A DNA stretch of 64,000 nucleotides from an uncultured candidate division Zixibacteria bacterium (GTDB lineage: Bacteria > Zixibacteria > MSB-5A5 > UBA10806), in the NCBI GenBank assembly GCA_963801605.1, contig CAWDFP010000006.1, positions 992,001-1,056,000 on the forward strand. Reading direction: 5' to 3'. Both the position numbers and the translations under genes were made by a program. Below are positions 41,760 through 51,515 of this stretch, one piece after another. Each line of letters starts with the position of its first letter. The first letter of the stretch is position 1. The notes below the pieces were generated by a model that had not been told where the DNA came from, did no database searches, and saw only the letters and a list, made by a program, of their open reading frames with translations.

Positions 41760-42891
41760 ATGGTTACACTACGCGAATTACTCGAATTGATGGTTAAGCG
41801 CCGAGCCTCCGATCTTCATCTTACGGTTGGCGCTCCACCGGTTATTAGAATAGATGGCAAGCTCGTCAGAACCGACTACGAGATATTGACGCCTGATTTA
41901 ACCAAGAAGCTGGCTTATTCGATCATGAACGAAAGGCAGCGCCAGAAATTTGAGGAAAATTCGGAGCTCGATTTGTCTTTTGGAATTGAGCATCTATCTC
42001 GTTTCCGCTGTAACGTTTTCATGCAGCGAGGCAACGTAGCGGTAGCTTTGCGTCAGATTCCGTTCAAGGTTCTGACTTTTGAGGAACTTGGGTATTCCCG
42101 ATACGATTGTTAAATTAGCCGAACTGCCTCGTGGTCTGGTTCTTGTAACAGGTCCTACGGGCTCAGGCAAATCTACAACTCTTGCGGCTCTGATGGATAA
42201 AATAAATACCGAACGGCAACTGCACATAATAACCGTAGAAGATCCAATTGAGTATCTTCACCGCCATAAATCATCGCTTGTCAATCAGCGCGAAGTCCAT
42301 TCAGATACGAAGAGCTTTGCAGCTTCGCTTAAATATGCTCTTCGCCAGGATCCCGATGTGGTTCTGATCGGAGAAATGCGCGATCTGGAAACGATGGAAG
42401 CAGCCCTGACGATTTCCGAAACGGGCCACCTGGCGTTCGCCACGTTGCATACCAACTCCACCGCCGAAGCCATTAATCGTATTGTTGACGTATTTCCTCA
42501 TACGCAGCAGGAACAAGTACGAATCCAGCTTTCCTTTGTCTTGCAGGGAATTGTTACCCAGCAGCTTATCCCCAGGGTAAACGAGGGACGAGTTCTGGCC
42601 ATGGAAGTACTGATTGCTACACCTGCCGTCCGTGCCGTCATTCGTGATGATAAGATTCATCAGATTTATTCATTGATTCAGGCCGGACATAAGTATGGTA
42701 TGAAGACCATGAACCAATCGCTACTAGAGCTTTATACGAAAAAGAAAATAACATATAGTGATGCCCTTGCCAGATCGACAAACGCCTCAGAGTTCGAGGA
42801 GATGGCGCGGCAGGGTAATCTTCGTGGCGATGCTACCAGCAGAAACTTGGATGCCACGGGTAGAAACTTAGCTGAACAGATTGAGAGGTAA
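41760..42891 (+). CDS. pilT: pilus retraction ATPase PilT, frameshift near 42092
   Basis: ORFs 41760-42113 and 42079-42891 join as FEELG-IPD; GPTGSGKS, LRQDPD, GHLAFATLH. Confidence 0.9.
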
Positions 42892-42894
42892 GGC

Positions 42895-44094
42895 ATGCCT
42901 GTCTACGATTACAAAGGCAAATCCCTCGGAGGCAAGCAGGTCCAGGGTGAACTCAAGGCCAAAAACAGAGTTGAGCTCGAGAGGCTCCTGCGCTCCAATA
43001 AGATCTTAGTAACGAGCATTTCCAAAAGGCCGTCGCAAATTAAGATTCGCTTTGGAAGCGGTATTAAGAAGATCGACATCTCACGCTTTACTCGCCAGTT
43101 TGCCACTATGATCTCAGCCGGTCTTCCTATGGTGCAGTGCCTGGAAATACTTGCAACCCAGATGGAGTCTCCCGAATTTCGAAAAATAATTAACGAGGTT
43201 AAGGAGTCTGTGCAGTCGGGCTCAACCTTATCGGAGGCTATGAGCAGGCATAAGAAAGCCTTCGACGATCTCTACGTCAATATGGTAGAGGCCGGTGAGG
43301 TCGGTGGTGCTCTCGATACCATCTTGATACGTCTCGCCTCTTACCGCGAAAAAGCCGATAGGCTGGTTCGCAAAGTAAAAGGCGCCATGGTTTATCCTGT
43401 GGTGGTTATGATCGTAGCCATAGGCGTGACATTCGCGATGTTGCGATTCATCGTACCTGTATTCGCCAAAATGTTTTCCGGATTAAATGCCGCTTTGCCG
43501 GCGCCTACTCAATTCGTATTGAATATTTCCAATTTTCTGCGGGATAACTCCCTGATTCTTCTGGCAGGAGTCGCCGGCATCATCATAGCATATAAGCTTT
43601 TTGTTAGGAAACCAAACGGCCGACTGGCGGTTGATAAATTTAAACTTCGCATGCCGCTTCTTGGAGATCTCATCAGGAAAAGTTCGGTCTCGCGTTTTAC
43701 CCGGACTCTGGCGACACTGCTTTCTTCGGGTGTTTCAATTCTGGACGCCTTAAACATCACTGCAAAAACATCGGGCAATATGGTCCTGCAAAATGCTATC
43801 AAGCAGGCCATGCTCTCTATCGCCGAAGGTGAAACGATTACCGCTCCCCTTAAGGATTCCGGAGTATTCCCGCCAATGGTAACCCAGATGATTTCGGTTG
43901 GTGAGAAGACGGGCGGAATGGATGAGATGCTGACCAAGATCGCCGACTTCTACGATGAAGAAGTCGATGCGTCAGTGGCGGCTTTGACATCAATTATCGA
44001 GCCGGTCATTATTGTATTCATGGGCGGTATGATAGGCGCTATTTTGATAGCCATGTATCTACCCATGTTCGATATCGTCGGAAAGATTAACTAG
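42895..44094 (+). CDS. pilC: type IVa pilus platform protein PilC
   Basis: FTRQFATMISAGLP, GEVGGALD, AMVYP, GEKTG, AMYLPMF. Confidence 0.93.
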   Translation: MPVYDYKGKSLGGKQVQGELKAKNRVELERLLRSNKILVTSISKRPSQIKIRFGSGIKKIDISRFTRQFATMISAGLPMVQCLEILATQMESPEFRKIINEVKESVQSGSTLSEAMSRHKKAFDDLYVNMVEAGEVGGALDTILIRLASYREKADRLVRKVKGAMVYPVVVMIVAIGVTFAMLRFIVPVFAKMFSGLNAALPAPTQFVLNISNFLRDNSLILLAGVAGIIIAYKLFVRKPNGRLAVDKFKLRMPLLGDLIRKSSVSRFTRTLATLLSSGVSILDALNITAKTSGNMVLQNAIKQAMLSIAEGETITAPLKDSGVFPPMVTQMISVGEKTGGMDEMLTKIADFYDEEVDASVAALTSIIEPVIIVFMGGMIGAILIAMYLPMFDIVGKIN

Positions 44095-44116
44095 AGGATT
44101 TCGGCCTCTTACTTAC

Positions 44117-44150
44117 AAAGGGCTTCTTTTTCCAATGAAAGAAGCCCTTT
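44117..44150. terminator. 13-bp inverted repeat between pilC and pilS
   Basis: AAAGGGCTTCTTT-N8-AAAGAAGCCCTTT. Confidence 0.6.
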
Positions 44151-44156
44151 CTTAAT

Positions 44157-45869
44157 ATGAAACTATCATCCAAATATTTCCAAATTGAGCCTATCGATAA
44201 ACGGGCCTGGTTTCTAATACTTCGCCTGATAATCCCGGCATTATTGGTCGGCTCAGGGCTGGAGTTTTTACGTCCTATCGCCTTCAATTATGCACTCCTG
44301 GTGATCTATGGTTTATTGGCAATAGTGCTGTTTATCTACACGCTCGCTACCCGAAATACTACCGGGACTTTTATCAGGTCGCTTATTATTGCCCTGATAT
44401 CGGGAGAACTGTTAATTGAAGGATTACTGGTCAATCAGGTCGGCGCCAACTTCTCGCCGTTTATTCTGTTTTTTATTATCACCATTGTCACGGCTGCCAT
44501 GTTTTTCCATCTGATCGGCTCTATCGTGGTTGCATCTCTGGCCGGGCTCCTATATTCGCTTCCGATATTTTTTAATCTATCTACAATCTATGAGGGCTTG
44601 ATTGAACCCGCGAGGTTGGCTGGAATCGGACTTTCATCGGACGAAGCTTTCTATACGGTATTCCTGCACCTTTGTTTATTCTATATCTCCGCCTTTATTG
44701 CCGGATATTTGGCGCAAAACTTGTTACTTGCTTCACGCGAATTAAGCCAGGTTCGACTTGAGACCAATGAAATTTTGGAGCAGATGCACTCCGGCCTGTT
44801 AACCATCGATGGCGAAGGCCGCATAATATATTTTAATCGGGCCGCCAGCGAAATATTGGCAGTAGATCACCTGCGTGCCAAGGGGACCTATGTTGAGGAT
44901 ATATTTCATTCCGGCCTGACCGATTTTTCTCAAAAGATATTAAATGCCCTGCAAAATGGCCGTTCTGAGATTCGCGCCGAAATAAATATCAAGCATCCAA
45001 CCAAGGGCATCATTCCCATCGGTCTGACATCATCAGTGCTGCGGGATGATGATGGGCATACTCGCGGGGTGATTGCCGTTTTCCAGGATCTGACCGAAGC
45101 TAAAAAACTCGAGGCTCGTCTTCGGGCGTCCGATAGACTGGCGGCGGTTGGACGCCTGGCCGCGGGGATCGCACACGAGATTCGAAATCCGCTGGCATCG
45201 ATTTCGGGATCGGTAGAGGTCTTGAAAGATGATCTTCATCTAACTGATGGTGATGATCTCAGACTACTCGAACTTATCCTGAAAGAGTCCTCACGTTTGA
45301 ATACCATCCTGACAGATTTTCTCAACTTCGCCCGTGTCAGCAGAGTATCATCCGGTCAGTGCAATCTATCGTCGGCAATCCTTGAAGTCGTGGCGCTCGC
45401 GTCGGCGCATCAACAACCGGGCCAGAAGATTTGCATTACCCAGGAAATTCATCGTCCTAACATCTTCATTCAGGGAGGCGAGGATCAGATCAAGCAGATT
45501 CTCTGGAATTTAATTCTAAACGCATTTCAGGCTCTCAATGAAAACGGCGGCGAAATCTGCGTGGCCACCCGCGAATTGCGCTCCCATGAGGGTTCTCCAA
45601 TAGTGCGCCTGGAAGTAGCCGACAACGGCCCCGGGATACCTTCCGATCTTAAAGAAAAGATTTTCGAACCCTTCTTCTCGACAAAAGATGACGGCACCGG
45701 CCTGGGATTGCCAATGGTAGGACGAATCGTCGATTGCCTGGGCGGGCGAGTCGAGTTAGAATCGTCGCCTCTATGGAAAACAATATTCGCAATTTATCTC
45801 CCCGTGACAACCGGCAACATATCGAGCCAGGAAACGGCTCAACAAGAAGTATCAGCTTTAATAAACTGA
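44157..45869 (+). CDS. pilS: PilS-like membrane PAS histidine kinase
   Basis: About six TM helices, PAS, AHEIRNPL, DNGPGI, FEPFFSTK, GTGLGL; follows pilBTC. Confidence 0.8.
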   Translation: MKLSSKYFQIEPIDKRAWFLILRLIIPALLVGSGLEFLRPIAFNYALLVIYGLLAIVLFIYTLATRNTTGTFIRSLIIALISGELLIEGLLVNQVGANFSPFILFFIITIVTAAMFFHLIGSIVVASLAGLLYSLPIFFNLSTIYEGLIEPARLAGIGLSSDEAFYTVFLHLCLFYISAFIAGYLAQNLLLASRELSQVRLETNEILEQMHSGLLTIDGEGRIIYFNRAASEILAVDHLRAKGTYVEDIFHSGLTDFSQKILNALQNGRSEIRAEINIKHPTKGIIPIGLTSSVLRDDDGHTRGVIAVFQDLTEAKKLEARLRASDRLAAVGRLAAGIAHEIRNPLASISGSVEVLKDDLHLTDGDDLRLLELILKESSRLNTILTDFLNFARVSRVSSGQCNLSSAILEVVALASAHQQPGQKICITQEIHRPNIFIQGGEDQIKQILWNLILNAFQALNENGGEICVATRELRSHEGSPIVRLEVADNGPGIPSDLKEKIFEPFFSTKDDGTGLGLPMVGRIVDCLGGRVELESSPLWKTIFAIYLPVTTGNISSQETAQQEVSALIN

Positions 45870-45996
45870 CATATAAGTTTTTCACGGTTCCCCAATAATA
45901 TCGTTCATTCATATTGCTTTTTGAATAGCGGTTAGCGATAATATCGTTGTATTTATTTATTAGCCGCTATTCTTTTTTTACAGCGAAATTGACCGG

Positions 45997-47710
45997 ATGA
46001 AACGTATCGATTACAAACATTCAAATATATATCCAAATATCGCAATCACTCTTACGGTTGCATTATGGCTTTTTACTGTAATTTTTCATCCCCGGCCGAT
46101 TTTGGGGTATGGGGCAGCTTGCATATTTCCCGATAGTATGGTCATTGATATATATCGCTGGTCTGATATTCCTGTTTGCTTATCTATCGAAAATAATTCA
46201 ATCGGCTGTTCTCACCAATATTTTAGCTTCAGTTTCATCCTTGTGGAAACGGTGTCCGGAATGGTTAAAATTTTCAATAACTGGGATTACCGCACTTGCC
46301 TTGTTTATCATATTAAGGGATCGGACCATGCTGCTGGGTGACAGCATTATTCGAATCGGAGAATTGGGCGATAAAGGCCTCGACAGAATACTCAGCACTT
46401 CAGCGGCTGAACCACTCGATTATGTCATTCACCGTGTATTTTATAAATATCTTTGTCTTCCGCTTGGCCTCAACGCTACTATTTGTTACGAATTGATCTC
46501 ATACGCAGCCGGCTTGATATATCTTTGGGTGGCTTGCATGATTGCACGGCAGATTAAAAGCGATGAGTCCGGTTTCTGGCTGCCATTTTTATATCTGTTA
46601 GGATGGGGTGGAGTTTTTATGCTTTTCGGTTATGCCGAGGAATATGGCCTGGCGGCCTCGGCTTTGTTGCTGTTTGTTTACTACTCGATAAAATATTTTA
46701 ATAAAAAAGGAAGTATCATTCCTGTTGCGATTGTCTTTCTAATCGGCTTTTTTTTGCATAATCTGTTATTGATATTACTGCCGTCAATTCTCTATTTGCT
46801 TTTTATCGAATATAAATCGAGCAGCAAAAAAGCGATTGCGGTATTTATGGGATTAGCGATTCCTATTGCGGGTTGGCTTCTGATAAGCTACACGAAAAAA
46901 GAAACCGGGGCATTTCTTTTACCTGAAAGCGGAACCGAGCCGGGATATATGCTCTGGAGCGGCAAACATCTTCTTGATATTATTAACGAGCTGCTATTAA
47001 TCTGTCCGGCAATTTTGGTAATGCTATCGCTCCAGGAAAGAGGTAAGATGCCAACCGCCAGACGCAATAGCATGCGTCAGGCTATCGGACTCGCGGCCAT
47101 CTCCAGTTTGATCGTACTGATCTTCGTTGATCCCCAACTTAGCATGGTGCGCGATTGTGACCTCTTTGCGCTGCCCCTTCTGGCTTTTAATGTGGCGCTG
47201 TTTTTGGGAGTCGATTGGTCTAAAGTGGGGACCATTCTAAAAAATGCTATCATAATCATTACGCTGGGATTCACTTTCTCCTGGATTATGATTAATGCCA
47301 GCGAAGATCTGGCGTTGGCGCGCTATGAGAAATTACTCCCTTTAGATCCTGCCAGAGCGCGCTTGGGATATGACCGTCTCGGTTTCTATTATACGTCGCA
47401 AAAGAAATATCCTGAAGCCGAAGCCGCTTATAAGAAATCGATTGAGATAAAGCCAAATTTCCGCACTATTTTAAATCTGGCTTATTTGCAGGAAGATATG
47501 GGGAAAAACACTGAGGCTGCCGCAAACCTGAGGGAATTGCTAAAAAAGGAACCCATGAACGCGATAGTACTCTATGAATTGGGATGGCTTTACTATAATA
47601 CCGGTCAACCCAAAGAAGCACTTGAGATTTTCCGTCAATTTGAGCGAACCGGCGAGTATGCCCCTGATATCGACCAGGCAATTATCAAGCTCGAGAAAAA
47701 GGCGCTTTGA
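45997..47710 (+). CDS. polytopic membrane protein with C-terminal TPRs, probable frameshift near 46100
   Basis: ORF 45997 N-terminus joins ORF 46109-47710; more than ten TM segments then TPRs. Confidence 0.65.
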
Positions 47711-47813
47711 TAGCGATATATGTGATTTCTATCCATATTTTCAATTTATTAGCCAGGTAAACCTTTTACCTATAACGTATTATCAGATTTTGTGCGGGGC
47801 TTCTTTTTTCCGC

Positions 47814-47842
47814 TTGACATGAACAAATGAACAGTATATTTT
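47814..47842 (+). promoter_or_regulatory. lexA promoter with candidate LexA operator
   Basis: TTGACA (47814-19); TGAAC-AAAT-GAACA (47820-33) in the spacer; AT-rich -10. Confidence 0.6.
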
Positions 47843-47908
47843 TATGCAGCAAAACAGATTTAACGATTTTGATAATTGAAGAACTGGTTTTATAGATTGG
47901 AGGCTCCT

Positions 47909-48536
47909 ATGGCCAAAGACTTAACCGCCCGGCAGACGGGAAATATTCGAATTCATCAAGAATATGATCCGCAGTAAAGGCCGTCCGCCATCCATACGAG
48001 AGATCGGCGAAAGCTTTAAGATTCATTCTACAAACGGTGTTCGCGCTGTGCTGGAGGCTCTGGAACGCAAGGGGTATATCAAACGTGACCGCTACACCTC
48101 GCGCGGCATAGAGCTTCTCAAGGAGGCTCTCGATCAGACCATCTCCGATCGCCTTCGGGAAGTACCCTGGGTAGGCCGGGTGGCCGCCGGTACCCCTATT
48201 TGGGCGGAGCAGAATATCGAGGGCAGCTTTTTGTTGGATCGCGATTTTGTGCCCGGTGAGGAGGTATTCTCGCTCAAGGTGCGCGGCGATTCGATGATCG
48301 ATGCCGGTATTTTCGACGGCGATTATGTGCTGGTCAAACGTCAGGATATGGCCAACGCCGGTGATGTGGTGGTGGCACAAATCGGCGACGAGGCTACGGT
48401 CAAAAAGTTCTTTCCGGAGCGGCTGCGTATTCGTCTGGAGCCTGCCAATTCCGACTATGGTCCGATCGTGGTGGAGAGAAACACACCCGGTTTTGCCATT
48501 GCGGGCAAGGTAATTGGGCTGTTAAGGAAGATGTGA
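47909..48536 (+). CDS. lexA: SOS repressor LexA, frameshift near 47936
   Basis: MAKDLTARQ then REIFEFIK..GRPPSIREIG; VAAG cleavage site, GDSM Ser, TVKK Lys. Confidence 0.93.
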
Positions 48537-48541
48537 TAACC

Positions 48542-48682
48542 GTAGGTCAGGCGCCCTGGCGCCTGACATTGCGTGTCACAATTTATTGTGACCGCAAATA
48601 TTGCCTCAGGATGTGCCCCGATTCATGATCGGAGTATCCTGAGGCATAAAAACAATGTGTTTGGGGCACGACAACCGTACCC
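48542..48682. repeat. cluster of REP-like palindromes
   Basis: GTAG+GTCAGGCGCC-CT-GGCGCCTGAC (48542-67); GTCACAAT-TT-ATTGTGAC (48575-92); TGCCTCAGGAT...ATCCTGAGGCA (48602-46). Confidence 0.6.
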
Positions 48683-48704
48683 CATGGAAATAAATATCAT
48701 TCCC

Positions 48705-48953
48705 ATGTACCAGGACATCGAAGAATCAGTTGACGTAATCGCCGTCTTTGAATCGGGACGGCTGCAGCCGATCAAGTTCCGCTGGAAAGGCCGCTCGATC
48801 AAGATTAAGCAGATCACCGGTTCCTGGAAATCGGATGTCGGCGCCCACAAGATACGTTTTTATGCGGTGCTCGATAGTGCCTCCAACTTTTTCCAACTCG
48901 CTTACGATGAGAAGAACACAGCCTGGGTACTCAATAAAATATGGGTGGAGTAA
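48705..48953 (+). CDS. small beta-rich protein, DUF6504-like
   Basis: P.KFRWKGR..KI..I...W....FQL.YD.....W.L.KIW pattern; between lexA and Y-family polymerase; start could be 48684. Confidence 0.6.
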   Translation: MYQDIEESVDVIAVFESGRLQPIKFRWKGRSIKIKQITGSWKSDVGAHKIRFYAVLDSASNFFQLAYDEKNTAWVLNKIWVE

Positions 48954-48964
48954 TAGAAAATAGT

Positions 48965-48993
48965 GATGGCACACGAGGACGTGCGCCATCCAC
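48965..48993 (-). repeat. REP-like palindrome
   Basis: Minus strand reads GTG-GATGGCGCACG-TCCT-CGTGTGCCATC. Confidence 0.5.
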
Positions 48994-48997
48994 GGGC

Positions 48998-50191
48998 ATG
49001 TTGGATTGGGGCAACAGCCCGGTCATCATGCATCTCGATATGGATGCTTTCTTCGCCGCAATCGAGCAGACCATCCATCCCAGTCTCAGGGGCAAGCCGG
49101 TAATTGTGGGGGGAGACCCCGATTCGCGCGGCGTGGTCTCCACCTGTTCTTACGAAGCCAGAAATTACGGAGTCCACTCTGCGATGCCGATGAAAGAGGC
49201 ATACAGGCTTTGTCCCGATGCGGTCTATGTCAATACATCTGGCGACAAATACTCCTATATGTCGGCCCAGGTAGTATCGATCATGAGACGATATTCACCG
49301 TCGATTGAACCTGTCTCTATCGATGAAGCTTTCGCTGATATCACCGGTATATACAAACGTTACGGCGGACCTGAACAGGTTGCCAGAGCTATCAAAAAAG
49401 ATATATTAGATGAGATCAATCTAACCTGTTCTATCGGAATCGGACCGAATAGATCAGTAGCCAAGATCGCCTCAGGTTCAAATAAACCGGATGGGTTGGT
49501 GATAATTCCGCCGGCTGATGTGAAACAATTTCTCTGGGTGAGGCCTGTCGATCATCTCTGGGGTGTGGGAAAGAAATCTGCCGAGGCTCTTGGCAGAATC
49601 GGAATCAAAACAATCGGCGATCTGGCGCAGACTCCGGAGAAAACCTTAAAGACGATGTTTGGTATCATGGGGCCGGGCCTGGTGCGTATGGCCAACGGCG
49701 AGGGTGAAACTGATGTCAGAGCCAGCCATATCGAGTACGAAGCAAAATCGATGGGGCATGAGCATACGTTCGATAAAGACACTAACGACCAGGAAAAAGT
49801 ATTAGGTCTTCTTTTGTATCTGTCAGACCGGGTTTCCCGTCGGCTCAGGCAGTCCGGATGTATTGCTCGAACGGTGACCCTGAAAGTTAGAAGATCAGAT
49901 TTCAAACTTCTCACCAGGGCAAAATCCCTCAATGTCTATATCGATACTGAAAAAGATATATTCCGCGCTGCCCGCAAGCTGTTGCTTGACAACCGCTTTC
50001 TCGATGAGCCTATCAGGCTGATTGGAGTCAACGTTTCAAATCTGAAAAATAACGGAGGCGAGACATTTGACGATTACTTAATTGATTACGATCCCCTGAA
50101 GAAACGCAGGCAGCTCGATAAAGTCCTGGATAACCTCAGGGACAAACATGGGGAAGAGTCAATCTTTTTTGCCGCTTCGCAGATATTTTAG
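48998..50191 (+). CDS. dinB: Y-family DNA polymerase (Pol IV/DinB-like)
   Basis: HLDMDAFFA, SYEARNYGV, SIDEAF, AKIAS..NKPDG, LWGVGKK. Confidence 0.92.
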   Translation: MLDWGNSPVIMHLDMDAFFAAIEQTIHPSLRGKPVIVGGDPDSRGVVSTCSYEARNYGVHSAMPMKEAYRLCPDAVYVNTSGDKYSYMSAQVVSIMRRYSPSIEPVSIDEAFADITGIYKRYGGPEQVARAIKKDILDEINLTCSIGIGPNRSVAKIASGSNKPDGLVIIPPADVKQFLWVRPVDHLWGVGKKSAEALGRIGIKTIGDLAQTPEKTLKTMFGIMGPGLVRMANGEGETDVRASHIEYEAKSMGHEHTFDKDTNDQEKVLGLLLYLSDRVSRRLRQSGCIARTVTLKVRRSDFKLLTRAKSLNVYIDTEKDIFRAARKLLLDNRFLDEPIRLIGVNVSNLKNNGGETFDDYLIDYDPLKKRRQLDKVLDNLRDKHGEESIFFAASQIF

Positions 50192-50291
50192 TATCGAATT
50201 ATACTTGACTTATACTTCCATCTTTTTATTATTAAGAGCGTATTATATGATGTTTAGGGTTTGACGGATTTTCATTTAAGGTGGGTGCACT

Positions 50292-51504
50292 ATGTCGGAT
50301 ATTCTGGAACACGTGGGGCAACTTGTGGACCGTTGGCAATTTTCAAACAGAGCTAGAGCACAGAAAAGTTCTATTATCAGAGAGATCCTCAAGGATTCCT
50401 CCAAGCCTGGCGTAATCAACCTCGCAGGTGGACTTCCCGCTCCCGAGCTATTCCCGGTTGAGGCCATCAAGCAAGCCTGCATTCGAGTGCTCGACAAGTA
50501 TGGACCCGATTCTCTCCAGTATTCTCTCACAACAGGTGTGCCGCTTTTAAAGAAATTTTTGGCAGATCGAATCAGCGCCAGCGGCCTGGAGTTTTCTCCC
50601 GATTCTATCCAGATTACTGGGCGGCTCTCAGCAAGGCCTCGATATCGTCGGAAGAGTATTTATCAATCCCGGCTCCGTAGTTCTTACCGAAGAGCCTACT
50701 TATCTGGGAGCGCTTCAAGCATTCTCATTCTACGATGCTAATTTTGTTTCGGTTAAGACCGATGAAAACGGCATTATCCCCTCCGATCTCGAATACAAAA
50801 TCAAGGAGTTTAATCCAGTTTTTGTATACCTGGTGCCGAATTTCCAAAACCCATCAGGGGTTACCCTTTCAGCGGAGCGTCGCGAGGCGGTAATTGCCCT
50901 GGCAAAAAAATATGATGTTCCTATTATTGACGACAACCCCTATGGGGAGCTTCGTTTCTTTGGGCAGCCCGTGCCATCTCTTAAGGCTTTGGGCGGCCAG
51001 CATGTCATCCAGCTCGGGACATTTTCCAAGATCATTTCGCCCGGCCTTCGCATTGCCTGGATTGCCGCCGACAAAGAGTTTATCAGAATGTGCGAACTAA
51101 TGAAACAAGCTTGCGATTTGCACACCACCACATTCTCACAATATGTCGTATATGAGTTTGCCAAGGATGGCGCCTTAGAGGACTATATCGAGGTCCTGAA
51201 AAAGGCTTACAGGCGCCGCCGCGATGTGATGATCGAGACGCTTTCCCGCGAGCTAAAAAATCGGGCCACCTGGTCGGAGCCTGAGGGCGGGCTTTTCCTC
51301 TGGGTTAAGCTGCCTGACGGGATCTCGTCCTCCGAGCTTTTACCCAAAGCCATTAGTTCCGGATTTGCCTACGTGCCCGGTAAATATTTCTATAGTCAAA
51401 AACCTGACGATACGACCTTGCGCCTGAATTTCTGTAATGCCAGCGAGGAAAATATTGTCGAAGGCATAAAGCGTCTGGCCGCCGTGGTCAAGGCAGCAAT
51501 GTAG
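50292..51504 (+). CDS. class I/II PLP aminotransferase (LysN-like), frameshift near 50620
   Basis: INLAGGLPAPELFP, ITG-GSQQGLD, PNFQNPSG, DNPYGEL, GTFSKIISPGLR. Confidence 0.85.
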
Positions 51505-51515
51505 ATATTCGAAAA

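Noticed and set aside
47930..47945. Programmed frameshifting or phase variation in lexA, pilB, pilT or aroA
   Set aside because: No slippery heptamers or long homopolymers at the breaks; pattern fits sequencing indels
48537..48700. CRISPR array
   Set aside because: Hairpins differ from each other, no repeated unit with spacers, no cas genes
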